64,000 nt of DNA. Origin: the human T2T-CHM13v2.0 reference genome, Homo sapiens. Positions within the stretch are counted from its first letter, which is position 1. Every line of letters begins with the position of its first letter. A program made the position numbers and the translations under genes. Below, in pieces: positions 1-14,950 of the stretch. The DNA is taken from the NCBI RefSeq assembly GCF_009914755.1, contig NC_060925.1, one strand, 5' to 3'. The notes under the pieces are model-generated. The model was not told the origin of the DNA, made no database searches, and saw only the letters and a list, made by a program, of their open reading frames with translations.

Positions 1-1075
1 TTATTTCTAATTTAGATGCCTTTTATTTCTTTGTCTTGCCTAATTGCTCTGGCTAGAACTGCCAGTGCTACGTTGAATACAAGTGGCAAATGCACCATCC
101 TTTTCTTCTAGATGTTAGGAAAACAGCTTTCAGTGTTTCATCACTGATCATGATATTAACTGTTGGGTTTTTGTACATCCCATTGTCATGTTGCAGAAGA
201 TCCCTTCTATGCCTAGTTTATTGAGTATTTTTATTATAGAAGGGTGTTGTATTTCATCAACGTTTTCTCTGCATCAATTGAAATAATCACGTGCTTATTC
301 ATTTTACTGTTACAGCATATTACACTGATTGATTTTTTATATGTTGAACCATCCTTGCATTTTGGGGATAAATCTCAAAGGGTGATAGTTTACAATCCTT
401 TGATTATACAGTATTGCTGCTGCTAGTATTTTGCTAGTATTGCTAGTATTTTGCTGAGATTTTTGCTTATATATTCATAAGGGATATAGTGCTGTATTTC
501 TCTCTTTTGTGCTCTCTTTGTCTTTGGTATAAGGATAATGCTGTTATCAAAAAATGAATTAGCAAGTATTCCTTCTTCATATATTTTGTCAGAAGAGTTT
601 GAGAAGAAATGGTATTAATTCTTCTTTAAATGTTAGGTTGACTCACCAGTTAATGCAGCTATTTGGTCATAAATGTTTCTTTGTTAATCGCTTTCGATTA
701 CTAATTCAATCTCCTAGGTTATAGGTCTATTCAGATTTTCTCTTTCTTCTTGAGCCACTTTGGTAGTTTGTGTCTTTCTAGCGATTCATCCATTTCATCC
801 AGGGCACCTAGTTTGTTGCTAGACAGTTGTTCACAGTATACTCCTGTAATCCTTTTGTATTTCTATAAAGTTGGTAGTAATGGCTCTGCTTTCATTTATT
901 ATTTTAATAATTAGTCTTCCATCTTTTGCTCAGTCAATATAGTGAAAGGCTTGATCTTTCAAAGAATCTACATTTTTTCATTCTACTGCTCTCCAACCTT
1001 CTGTTTTATTGATTTATGCTCTAATTATGCTCTTTATTATTTCTTTCCTTCTGCTAGCTTTGGATTTAGTCTTCC
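1..1075 (-). mobile_element. Old LINE-1 (L1M-type) ORF2-region fragment
   Basis: T-rich plus strand with antisense L1 motifs (gccttttatttctttgtcttgcctaattgctctggctagaact; ggtctattcagattttc); no open frame. Confidence 0.85.
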
Positions 1076-1086
1076 ACCTGGATTTA

Positions 1087-1617
1087 TTTTGAGAGTGATA
1101 TTGATGTAACTTCATGGAAATAATACTAGATAGAAAGTTAGCGGATAGATTCTCTATCTGATGAGAGTTTGGGGCAAGTCGAGTACCAGGTTACCAAGTT
1201 TTATTTTTTTCTCTGACCCAAAAAACAATTTGGCAGCCGGTGAGAAACTCTCACAGCTCTGGATGTGAGTTTAGGACACTGCATTTCTACCATTCAATTT
1301 CTTACTACTTTTTTGCACAGGGATCATGGCACAAGTTGCAGTTTCCACCCTGCCCATGGAAGATGAGGAGTCCATGGAAGATGAGGAGTCTGTTGAAGAT
1401 GATTCCGTGGAGAGCAGGATGGTGGTGACATTTCTCATATCAGCTCTCGAGTTCACGGTGAGACCTTCTGTTCTAACATGATATAATTTGGTAGAACTAG
1501 GTGGTAGATAAGGTTGATTTGTTTTTGTAGAACTTATAATTTTATGATTTGTAGTTCTAATGAGTAGATCTTTTTCTGGAATAGTAGTTATGGTCAAACA
1601 CTTCTAACCAAATGTGC
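1087..1617 (+). repeat. Local duplication unit, copy A (~520 bp, contains GTF2I-like exon)
   Basis: Colinear with 3039-3553: shares atggaaataatactagatag, aaactctcacagctctggatgtgagtttaggacactg, agataaggttgatttgtttttgtagaactta, ggtcaaacac..accaaatgtgc. Confidence 0.9.
1321..1457 (+). pseudogene. GTF2I: GTF2I/GTF2IRD2-like first coding exon, copy A (unprocessed fragment)
   Basis: Acceptor ttttgcacag|, ATG at 1326, reads [44 protein letters not shown], donor |gtgaga at 1458; matches recalled TFII-I N-terminus [33 protein letters not shown]; no downstream GTF2I exon seen. Confidence 0.9.
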
Positions 1618-1719
1618 CATGTTGTCCAGTCTGGTCTCAAAATATGGGGCTCAAGAGACCTGCCCACCTTGGCCTCCCAAAATACTGGGATTACAGGTGT
1701 AAGCCCCTGAATCTGGCCA

Positions 1720-2075
1720 GATATTTTTCTTTTTATGGCTGAATAATACTCTGTGTATGTATATATTACATTTTCTTTATCTATTCACCTACTGATGGGC
1801 ATTAGGTTTGGGCTACCTTTTGGCCACTGTGAATAATGCTGCTGTTAATCGGGTGTACAAATACCTGTTTGAGTCCCTGCTCTCAGTTCTTTTGGGTATA
1901 TATGCTTAAAGGGTGTTGATGGATCATATAATTCTATGCTTCATATTTTTAAGGAGCTGCTAAACCATTTTCCACAGTGGGCTGTACCATTTTACATTCC
2001 ATAAAGCAATGCATACAGCTTCCAATTTCTCTATAGCATTGCTGATAGTTAATATTTTCTGTTTATGTATTGTAT
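1720..2075 (-). mobile_element. LINE-1 (L1MB-like) fragment
   Basis: tttttatggctgaataatactc..., gtgaataatgctgctg, ctaaaccattttccacagtgggctgtaccattttacattcc. Confidence 0.8.
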
Positions 2076-2225
2076 TTTTATAGTGTTTGAAATTAATCTG
2101 AGGCTTTTCACTGATACCAAAATATTAGGAAAGGTTTTCCAAAAATAATGCTGCTTATTATAGAGGATTTTACGTGTTACTTGATGCCCTGTGATCTGTT
2201 TTCTAAGTAAGAAGAGGAACTTCTT

Positions 2226-2527
2226 GGCTGGGCACAGCAGCTCATGCCTGTAATCCTAGCACTTTTAGAGACCGAGGTGAGTAGATCACCTAATGTCAGG
2301 AGTTCAAGACCAGCCTGGCCAACATAGTGAAACCCAGTCTCCACTAAAAAAAAAAAAAAAAAAAAAAAATTAGCTGGGTGTGGTGGGGGGTGCCTCTAAT
2401 CCCAGGTATTCGGAAGGCTGAGGCAGAGAATTGATTAAACCCATAAGGCAGAGGTTACAGTGACCGAGATTGCACCACTGCACCCCAGCCTGTGTGACAG
2501 AGTGAGAGTCCATCTCAAAAAAAAAAG
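2226..2527 (+). mobile_element. Alu (S-like) with TSD
   Basis: Full dimer, expanded middle A run; TSD aagaagaggaacttct / aagaagaagaacttct. Confidence 0.95.
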
Positions 2528-2666
2528 GAAAGAAAGAAGAAGAACTTCTCTCCATCCAACCTCATTCCACTGCACCAACTCTTCTGTGTCTGGTTGTGCA
2601 AGGGAGAAAGGGAGCTTGGCAACTCTTTGCTGTGTTGAGTTGTGGTAGCTCATCACTGGGTTGTAA

Positions 2667-3553
<887 letters not shown>

Positions 3554-3828
3554 TGTGGAGTTTCTACACTGATTTTCAGACAATCTGGATCCCAACTGGG
3601 TATCCCACAATTCCATCCTGACACTCCCTGGAGTTAGTGCAGACCCTGCAGGATGGGAGCTCAGTCCCAGGAGTCTACCCTCACTCCACATGCCAATTGC
3701 AAGTCTTGGGTTGTTACATGTAGTTTTGACCAACCAGTTAGAAAACAGGGTTTCATGACCCCCATTGGTGGGTGGAATCATTTGCTCGGACATTTGCTTG
3801 AAGAACTCAGAAAAACAGATTGTTTTCT

Positions 3829-4155
<327 letters not shown>

Positions 4156-4191
4156 TAAATCTCAGAAACAGACAGTGAAAGAGATGTACAT

Positions 4192-4521
4192 GCTGGGCAC
4201 AGTGGCTCATGCCTGTAATTTCAGCACTTTGGGAGACTGAGGCGGGAGCATTGCTTAAGTGCTCAGGAGATTAAGACCAGCCTGGGTAACAAGGTGAAAA
4301 TGCATCTCTACAAAAAGATTTTTCTAAAAATTAGCCAGGCACAGTTATCTATAGTTCTAGCTACTCAGTGCCTATAATTCTAGCTACTCAGGAGGCTGAG
4401 GTGAGAGGATGAGAGGATGGGGCTTGAGATAGGGAGGCATAGGTCACAGTGAGCCACGATTGTGCCATGACACTCTAGGCTGGGAGACAGAGCCAGACTC
4501 TGTCTCAAAAAAAAAAAAAAA
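4192..4521 (+). mobile_element. Alu (J-like) with small internal tandem duplication
   Basis: gctgggcacagtggctcatgcc...A tail; ctata(g/a)ttctagctactcag repeated. Confidence 0.9.
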
Positions 4522-5043
4522 CACACACACACAGGGCAAGGTATGTCGAGAGGGGTATAGAACTTCCATGTCCTCTATTGTGCATATTACATTCCTGGTA
4601 TCTCCCTTGTGTTCAGCAACACAGACATTCTCCAACTCCAGTTGTTGAGGGCGCTTATGAAAGCTTCATTATGCAGGCATGATTGGTGAAGTCATTGACC
4701 ATTGGTGATTAAGTCAGTCTTCGGCCACTATTTCTTCCTGGAGCCCAGGGGGTGAGGCTGACAGTTCCAAGCCTCTAATCACATGGTTTGTTCTTCTGAC
4801 AACAACCACCCCTTTTTCTGAAGCTGTCTACAAGCTTTCAGTCACCCAGTCATCTCAGTAACATCACCAAATGCATTCTTACTATGGTGATCCCAAAGGT
4901 CTTAGAGGCTCTTGTGTTAGAAACCTGGGACTAAGACCAAATATTGAAACAGAAGATGCCTCATCACTTTCATCACCAAGGCCTTTATAAGAGCTTGAGA
5001 ATCTCTGTGCCAGGATGAGGGGCAGAAACCAAATGTGTATTTC

Positions 5044-5440
<397 letters not shown>

Positions 5441-5449
5441 CCTCCTAAA

Positions 5450-5850
5450 CTGTTGGGATTATGGTTGTGAGCCACGGCCTCTGTGTCCAGCAATCACAAG
5501 AGGTCTTTATAAGTGAAAGAGGGAGGTAAGAGAGTCCGAATTGAAGGAGATTTGATGATGGAAGCACAGGTCACAGAGGGAGATTTGAATATGCTTTGCT
5601 TCAGGCTTTGAAGATGCAGTTAGGGGCCATGAGCCAAAGAATAGGAGTGGCTTTAGCAACTGGGAAAGGCAAGGGAACATATTCTCTCCAGAACCTCCAG
5701 AAGGGATGCAGTCCTGCTGGCACCTTGACTTTAGCCTTAATAGACCTATTTTGGACTTCTGGCCCCCAGACCTCTTAGTGAGTAGATTTGTGGTGTATTA
5801 AGCCACTCAATGTAGGGTAGTTTGTAACAGCGGCAAGAAGAAATGAACAC
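5450..5850 (+). mobile_element. MLT1 (MaLR) LTR, MLT1D-like
   Basis: ggctttgaagatg..ggggccatgagccaa, aaaggcaaggg..attctctccagaacctccagaagg, tttgtaacagcggcaagaagaaa. Confidence 0.8.
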
Positions 5851-5853
5851 GAA

Positions 5854-6150
5854 GCCAGAATTGGTGGCCCACACCTATAATTCCAGCTATTTAGGAGGCT
5901 GAGGCAGGATGGTTGCTTTGGCCCAGGAGTTCACGATAAGTCTGGGCAACAAAATGATACCCTGTCTACATGAAAAAAAAAAAAATTAGCGGGTGTGGTG
6001 GCATGCACTTGTAGTCTTAGCTACTAGAGGCCCTGAGGCAGGACAATTTCTTGACCTAGGAGCTCCAGGTCTCAGTGCGTTGTGATCGTGCCATGGCACC
6101 CCAGTCTGAGTGACACAGCGAGATTATATCTTAGAAAAAAATAGAAAAAA
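5854..6150 (+). mobile_element. Alu (J-like)
   Basis: Diverged full dimer with A-rich tail. Confidence 0.9.
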
Positions 6151-6194
6151 GAAATGAGTGAGTATGGCAGGAATAGGGACAGATAGCAATATTA

Positions 6195-6690
6195 AATAGA
6201 GTGGTCAGGGTTGGCCTCCTAAGTGAAAATTGAGCAAAGACTTGAAGGAGGGGAAGGAGCTGGCCAAGGTACTGAGGGAAGAGCATTTTAGGCAGAAACA
6301 ACAGAATAAAGATGCTAAGAGGGAACTCCGTGGTGTGTCTGAAGCTCAGGAAAGAGGTCTGTGGAGTAGAGAGAGGGAGAGAAGTAGGGAAGGAGGCCAG
6401 GGAGTTGTTGGACTCAGATCAGTACAGATTGTGTAAGCCCTGGGAGGCTATTGCTGGGGCTTTGGTTTTTATTCTGTCTGAGATGGGAGATGCAGAAGGG
6501 TTCTGAGCAGAGAGGTGACACGAACTGTCTACTGATTTAAAAGCATCCCATGGCAGCTGAGTTGAGAAAGATTGTGGGAAGATTTGGGTAGAAGCAGGGA
6601 GGCCATGCTGTGGCAACCTCCAGGTGGGAGATGATTGTGGTTCTGACCAGGTCCCTGGCAATGGTGAGAGATGGTTGATTCTTGTTGAAA
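6195..6690 (-). mobile_element. LINE-2 fragment
   Basis: gagcaaagacttgaagga, gggaagagcatt..aggcaga, gggttctgagcagagaggtgaca. Confidence 0.7.
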
Positions 6691-6773
6691 TGCTAAGTAA
6701 TTAAAAAAAAACCACTACTGCTTTTCCCAATTATATGAAGTATGGGATGCTAGATTACAGAAATCTTAAGTCA

Positions 6774-7038
6774 GGCCAGGTGTAGTGGCTTATGTCCGTA
6801 GCTTCAGCACTTTGGGAGGCAGAGATGGGAGAATGGTTTGAGTCCAGGAGTTTGAGACCACCCTGGGCAACACAGCAAGACTTCCTGTGTACACAAATAA
6901 AAATTAATAAAATATAATTATCCCGGCATAGTGGTATTTTCCTGTAGAACCTGTTACTTAGGTTGTTGAGGTGGGCAGATCTCTTGAGGGCGGGAGTTTG
7001 AGGCCAGCTTGGGCAACATAGCAAGGCTCCTCTTTCTA

Positions 7039-7071
<33 letters not shown>

Positions 7072-7220
7072 AGCTGGGTGTTTTGGTGTTCATCTGTAGC
7101 CGTAGCTATGGTGAGGGTGAGGCAGGAGGATCCCCGGAGCCCAGGAGGTCACAGCTGCAGTTAGCTATGAGTGCACCCCTGCATTGCAGCCAGAGTGACA
7201 GAGTGAGACCCGGTCTCAGA
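6774..7220 (+). mobile_element. Composite Alu (extra left-arm segment, ~30-nt A run)
   Basis: Two left-arm segments followed by one right arm. Confidence 0.85.
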
Positions 7221-7685
7221 ATACAGATACAAGTAAAGAAATCTCAGCTCAGAGCAGTCTGTTTGTCACTATGCAGCCTTTGCAACCCCATAGCTGCGCG
7301 ATTGGGTTTGTGTTGCTGGAGGTGAGGAGACCCGTGCCCAGGTGTTGTTGCCTGTCTAATCAGTTTATTTTAAAATATATTAATGAAATTTATTTCATCA
7401 TACTTTATGGCCTCATACCTGAGTGGTTTTTTGAATTCTCCTTTGAATAGCTTGTAACTATTCAAACCTCTTATTGGTTCTATAATTAATTCTTTTTCTA
7501 ATTAGCTTTTTAAAAATCAGAATTGATATTAGACTAATCAGTTATTAATGAGGAGATGAAATTGAGTTGTTTGTACACTTTATCTAAGATAGTGTTATAT
7601 TGGCTAACTCAAATCAGTAGTTCAGCAAATGCAGAATCAGAGCTTCTTCAGTGTGGAACTCTCTTGTGGTTCTTGAAGATGCCAT

Positions 7686-7984
7686 TTCTTTCTTTTTTTT
7701 TTTTTGAGACAGCATCTTCCTCTGTCACCAGGCTCGAGTGCAGTGGCACAATCTCAATTTACAGCAACTTCTGCCTCCCGGGTTCAAGCATTTCTTTTGT
7801 CTCAGCCTCTGAAGTAGCTGGGACTACAGGCACATGCCACCATGCCCGGCTAAGCTTTGTATTTTCTGTAGATACGGGGTTTCAGCATGTTGGACAGGCT
7901 GGTCTTGAACTCCTGACCTTGTGATCCACTGGCCTTGGACTCCTAAAGTGCTGGGATTACAGGTGTGAGCCACCGTGCCTGGCC
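7686..7984 (-). mobile_element. Alu (S-like)
   Basis: Full antisense dimer. Confidence 0.95.
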
Positions 7985-8128
7985 TCTTTTTTCAGTCTTT
8001 AATAAACTGCTGCCATCATTTCAGACCACTTGCTATTTTAGGCACTTAGAAATTTTTCACTGGAATTCATGTAAAGAAAGACCATGGGTGTTTGTACTGG
8101 ATTTAGTATTCATCCTTCGACTGCATGA

Positions 8129-8914
<786 letters not shown>

Positions 8915-8987
8915 ATTTTTAAAATAATAACGTTATTGAAATATGATTAACGTATCATGCAATTCATTTATCAAAGTACACAATTCA

Positions 8988-9291
8988 GGCCAGGTGCAGT
9001 GGCTAATTCCTATAACGCTAAGACTTTGGGCAGCTGAGGCAGGTGGATCGCTTGTGTTCAGGAGTTTGCGACTAGCCTGGGCAACATGGCAAAACAGCAT
9101 CTCTAGCAAAAATACAAAAATTAGCTGGTGTGGTGGCTCATGCCTGTAGTCCCAACTACTTGGGGACATGAGACTGGAAGATCACTTGAGCCCAGAAGCC
9201 ATAGGTTGCAGTGAGACCAGATGGCACCACTGCACTACAGCATGGGTGACAAAAGGAGACCGTCTTTAAATAACTAAAGAAAAAAAAGAAA
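8988..9291 (+). mobile_element. Alu (J-like) with TSD
   Basis: TSD aaagtacacaatt / aaagtatacaatt. Confidence 0.9.
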
Positions 9292-9848
9292 GTATACAAT
9301 TGAGTGGTTTTTAGAATATTCAAGGAGCTGTGCATCCATCACCACAGTCTTTCTTAGAAGTGATTACCCACTTGTGAGTTACCCACTTATGAGTGAGAAA
9401 CCCTCACCTCTTAGCCGCTACCTCCTACGTACCCCATGTTCATAGGCAACCAGTGATTTATTTTCTGTCATTGTAGTTTTGCCTAATCTGGACCTTTTAT
9501 AGAAATAGAATTGTACAATGTGTGATCTTTTGTAATTTGCTTTTTTTTCTCTTAGCAGAATGTTTTCAAATTTCTATCATGTTATAGTGTGTATCAGGAT
9601 TTCTTTCCTTTTGTAGCTGAGTAATAGTTTATGTTTATCCATTCATTAGTTGATGGACATTTGTGTTGTTTTTGCGTATTCACCATCATGAGTCAGGCTG
9701 TTATGAACACTCGTACGTAAGTTTTAGTGTGAACATATATTTTTATTTCTCTTGGATTTACACTCAGGAGTGAAATTGTTGCATTATGTGATTACTATAC
9801 ATTTAGTCTTTGAGAAACTGCCACGTTGTTTTTCAAAGTGGTTACACT

Positions 9849-9980
9849 GGTCAGGCACAGTGGCTCACACCTTTAATCTCAGGTATTTGAGACGCTGAGT
9901 TTGGAGGATTTTCTTAGCTCGGGAGTTCAGGACAACCTTGGGCAACATAGGGAAACAATATCTTGATTTTTTAAAAAAAT
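9849..9980 (+). mobile_element. Alu monomer (FLAM-like)
   Basis: Left arm only: ggtcaggcacagtggctcacacc...gggcaacataggg. Confidence 0.8.
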
Positions 9981-10071
9981 CAAATGCCAAGAAAACACCC
10001 AAATTGATTACACCATTTTATATTCCCACCAGTAATGTATGTGAGTTCCAATTATTCCAATTGTCACCAAC

Positions 10072-10370
10072 TTTTTTTTTTTTTTGAGACAAAATCTTGC
10101 TCTGTTGCCCAGGCTGGAGTGCAGTGACATGAACATGGCCAGTGCAGCTGTGACCTTCCAGGCACAAGTGATCCTCTCACCTCAGCCTCCTAAGTAGCTG
10201 GCACTTACAGATGTATGCTATCATGAGCAGCTGATTTTTACAGTTTTTGGTAGAAATGGGGTGTTGTCATGTAGCCCAGGTTTGTGTCAAACTCCTGAGC
10301 TCAAGTGATCTGCCTGCTTCAGCTTCCGGAAGTGCTGAGATTACAGGTGTGTGCCACCATGCCCGACTGG
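10072..10370 (-). mobile_element. Alu (J-like)
   Basis: Antisense dimer. Confidence 0.9.
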
Positions 10371-10997
10371 TGTAACCACTTTGGAAAGCAGCCACTGAGC
10401 CCGGCCTTCACCAGTATACCAATATTTGTTAATATCGTTTTATTTTTTACAATTTTTCCATTTTTAAAAACTTATTATTTTACCTGTATTATTGATTATA
10501 ATAAACAACGAATAATTTTGTAGTAGAGTTGAGTCCCCCCAAAAAGTATTTATTGTTTAACTGAAGTAGTTTTTTTTTTAACCTGGATATATATTTTTTC
10601 ATTTTCACTTTATTTTTAGTGTTTATTTTTAAAAATTATTTATATGTATTTTTATTTTAATAGGTGTTTGAGAAACAGGTGGTGTTTGGTTCCATGAATA
10701 AGTTCTTCAGTGTTGATTTCTGAAATGTAGTACCCCTCATTACTCATTAAATTATATATTAAGTCATTATAAAATCATTAATAAACCAAGGACTTTAGTA
10801 AAATGGGAATTTTATTTTAACTTGCAACCTGGGACGTAACTGTCAAAACAATTAGAGAAATTACCACATTAAGGTTTTCAAATCTTGAACTGAAAAATGA
10901 AAACCTTGATGCACCTAAGAACCACCAGCCCACTGGTCAAAGTGAACAAAACTAAATGAAAAAATAAAACCAAGAAAACCAAACTCAGGATTATTAG

Positions 10998-11369
<372 letters not shown>

Positions 11370-12289
11370 TAATTTTATGTATATTCCAAGTCAGAATACA
11401 TCCTATTTTTGAATATTTGATGACTTTAGGATACTATATTAACTCTTAATTGAATTAATACAAGTTTAGGTGTAAAAATGATGTTTATGTTGACAAAAAT
11501 TATTAGTGTTTTACATATATGAAAGTAACAATATCATATATTTTTCGTACTTGTAGAATACTTTGAAATCTATTATTAGCTAACATTTTATATTCATTTT
11601 GGGTTTTCACATTATTGTTAGATCCAGAGAAAAGTAATATTTTGTGAATACTCAAATCATAAACATTTTGCTGGATGCATTCATAGATACTTTATTTAAA
11701 AAGTACACTAATTGAAGTTTTACACCATTTTATGATTCATCAAACACAGCAACTGAATACTGGCGTATAGCAACATTACAGATGATGTTAGTCTAAGATA
11801 AAACTCATAACACATTTTAAAAAGGGTGAAAGGAAGGAAAGGAAAAAGGATACAAGGCTGTAGAAAGATTTTAAAAACAAACGTCGTATGTCTGAACCTT
11901 TGCCTGGAGTTTCATATTTTGTGAAAAGCAGTTTGTAAGTAGAGGACTCGTAAGTGCACCTAGTACACTGCAATGGCACAGACACGGCAGATAGTCAATA
12001 AAATGATCTTTAACTTCTGATCTAGGTTATTTTTGTTGTTGTTCATGTATTAACCTAGTGAAACTCAGCCAATAGATGGAGTGGCATTGACCTGTACAAC
12101 TTCCAAAATCCCATCCAACCTTAGTGTCCTCTGAAGTTCTCCATAACTTATTGTCTGTTCCTATCAACATTTAGCATAAGCTACAGCTTATATTGTTAAT
12201 AATTCTTCTATGTTTATGTGATGATTTGCAAATAAATGGGCCTATATAGTCTTTATCTAGTGTTGGATTGGGATCAAAAGCTTCATGAA

Positions 12290-13560
12290 ATCATTGTTTT
12301 TAGTATACGTACAGATGGATAATTGTATAAATAAGTACAGATGTGTATAAATGTGTGAGTATACATACATATATTTTCTAGCTCCTCTAACAAAAGGGCC
12401 TAGAAACAACATCATCCCAGTAACAATGAGAACACCACTCTCCAATTAAAGGAACCAAGGCTCCTTGGGGACATATTTGATATCAGGATTGGGCAGGGAA
12501 AATACAAGATTAGTTTGAAATATTTTGTCATGTTAGGAAGTAAGGAAATGCTCACAAAATGGGGAAAATGTGAAAGGGAAACAGATCCACTTTGAATAAA
12601 CTTCCATAGCCAAATTTGAGAAAATTGGGGCAATAAAATAGATAACAATAGTAATATATTACAATCTACAGAAGAAAATTTTCAATTAATCCATGCCGGG
12701 TGCGGTTGCTCATGCCTGTATTCCCAGCACTTTGGGAGGCAGAGGCGGGCAGATCACTTGAGGTCAGGAGTTCGAGACCAGCCTGACCAATGTGGTGAAT
12801 CCCTGCCTCTACTAAAAATACAAAAATTAGCCGGGCATGGTGGCACATGCCTGTAGTCCTAGCTACTCCGGAGGCTGAGGCAGGATAATGGCTTGAATCC
12901 CGGAAGGTGGAAGTGCAGTGAGCGGAAATCGCACCATTGCACACCAGCCTGGATGACAAAACAAGACTCCAACTCAAAAAAAATCCATATTGACATAAAT
13001 AATAAACCAAAGATTGAGAATGGGTAGTATTTTATTACAGTAAGATTTCATTAAATGTAGGAGACATAAAATATAAGAATCATCACTTTGCAAATATCAT
13101 AGTAATAATTGTTGCAAGAAAGAACCTTGGAGGGATGCTAAGATTAGTGGTGAATATATGTTGGGAAAGAACATATTTGCATAATATGAAAGTATCTTCC
13201 CACAAGATAATTATAGAATAGTAACTTCAAAGTGGAGATGTCAACTTAGCCAAGTGATCAAAGTTAACATTACTAATAATAAGATAAATGAACTTCATGT
13301 AACTTCTTATATGATGCACTGAGTAGGACAAAACATCAATTCTATGGTATTCTTAGACAAAATGTATAACTTTAGTCCTAACCGTGAGAAAACATCAGAC
13401 TAACTGAAATTGAGGAGGGACATTCTACAAAATAACTGCCAGTATTCATCAAAAGCATTTTAGAAAGACTGAGGAATTCTCCAGAGACATGGAGGCATGT
13501 TATCTAAGTGCAATGGAGAACATGCATTGTATCATGAACCAGAGATGGACAACAGTAGGA
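12290..13560 (+). mobile_element. LINE-1 (L1MC/MD-like) 3' region
   Basis: aagggcctagaaacaa..cccagta, aaaggaaccaaggctccttgg, cttagccaagtgatcaaagttaacat, gagggacattctacaaaataactg. Confidence 0.75.
12695..12983 (+). mobile_element. Alu (S-like)
   Basis: Full dimer. Confidence 0.95.
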
Positions 13561-14249
13561 TATGTACAATAACACCCCAACATTTGAACATTAAACAAAA
13601 TACTTCAGAAAAACCCATTGGCCAAGAAAAGTTTCACACACAAAAAAAATAGTTTAAACTGAAAGAAAATTTTTTAAAAACTTAATAAAATGTGGGATGC
13701 AGATAAATCGTTTCTTAAAAGTACATTTATAGATGTAATATATTGAAAATAAAAGGCTTCAATCAATGACCTTTAGGTTCTTTTTTAAGAGGCTAAAAAA
13801 TGAGCAAAGTATATCCAAATTAAAAGAAGGAAGATGATAAAGATAAAAATGTAAACCAACAACATAGCAAATAACAAAAGGTGGAGCTAATTAATATACC
13901 CACAAATTGGTTCTTTGAAAAAAATTTTTTAATAAACAATGGCTAGCAAGATTTATCTCGAAAAAAATTACAGAAGCTACATAATGTAGATAATGGTAAT
14001 TAAATAGAGGATGTAACTACAGAACCTACAGACATCAATATAATTATGAAAACTTTAGGCCAATACATTTGACAATTAAAATAACATGGGAAATTATTTG
14101 TAAAACTAATTCTTAAAACTGATGCAAAATGAAATAGAAAAAGTAATAGCTTCTCTATGTATTGAAGAATTTTTTTAATTTAAAAAGATTTCTATAATTA
14201 CAGGCTACATGCTTTCTTAGGTGAATTCTATCAAACATTTAAGAAAGTA

Positions 14250-14596
14250 CAGAGAGTCCTCAACATACAGTGGTTTGACTTGTGCTCTTCTGACTTGATA
14301 ATGGTGCTTTCATCTGTGTACATTAATGATGAGCATCAATATGACCAGTTTTTCACTATCAGTATAGTTTTCAATAAATTTCATGAGATACTCAATATTT
14401 TAAAATGGGCCTTGTGGTAGATGATTTTGCCCAATTGTAGGATAATGTAAGTGTTCTGAGCAAGTTTAAGGTAGGCGAGGCTAAGTCATGATATTCAGTA
14501 GGTTAAATATATTAAATGCGTTTTAGACTTACAATATTTTCAATTTAGGATGAGTTCATTAAGACATAAGACAATTGTAAGTTGAGGAGTATCTAT
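14250..14596. mobile_element. TcMar-Tigger MITE (MER47-like)
   Basis: Imperfect terminal inverted repeats (cagagagtcctcaacatac ... gtaagttgaggagtatct) next to TA; internal gatgattttgcccaa..taaggtaggcgaggctaag. Confidence 0.7.
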
Positions 14597-14640
14597 AATA
14601 TCAATCTTGAAAGGACTCTTTTTAAGAAATAGAATTTAAG

Positions 14641-14950
<310 letters not shown>

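Larger units (their letters stand above)
8915..10070 (-). mobile_element. LINE-1 (L1MB-like) 3' end, interrupted by Alus
   Basis: aaagtatacaattgagtggtttttagaatattca, ccattcattagttgatggacattt, agaaactgcca..ttttcaaagtggtt. Confidence 0.8.

Noticed and set aside
411-468. Short tgctagtatt tandem repeat
   Set aside because: Ordinary slippage within an old L1.
1271-1597. 108-aa Ser-rich minus-strand ORF
   Set aside because: Antisense reading of the EDEES-repeat GTF2I exon.
11783-11935. Purine-rich exon-like stretch (ttacag|...|gtaagt)
   Set aside because: Stops in all three frames, weak pyrimidine tract, no protein I recognise.
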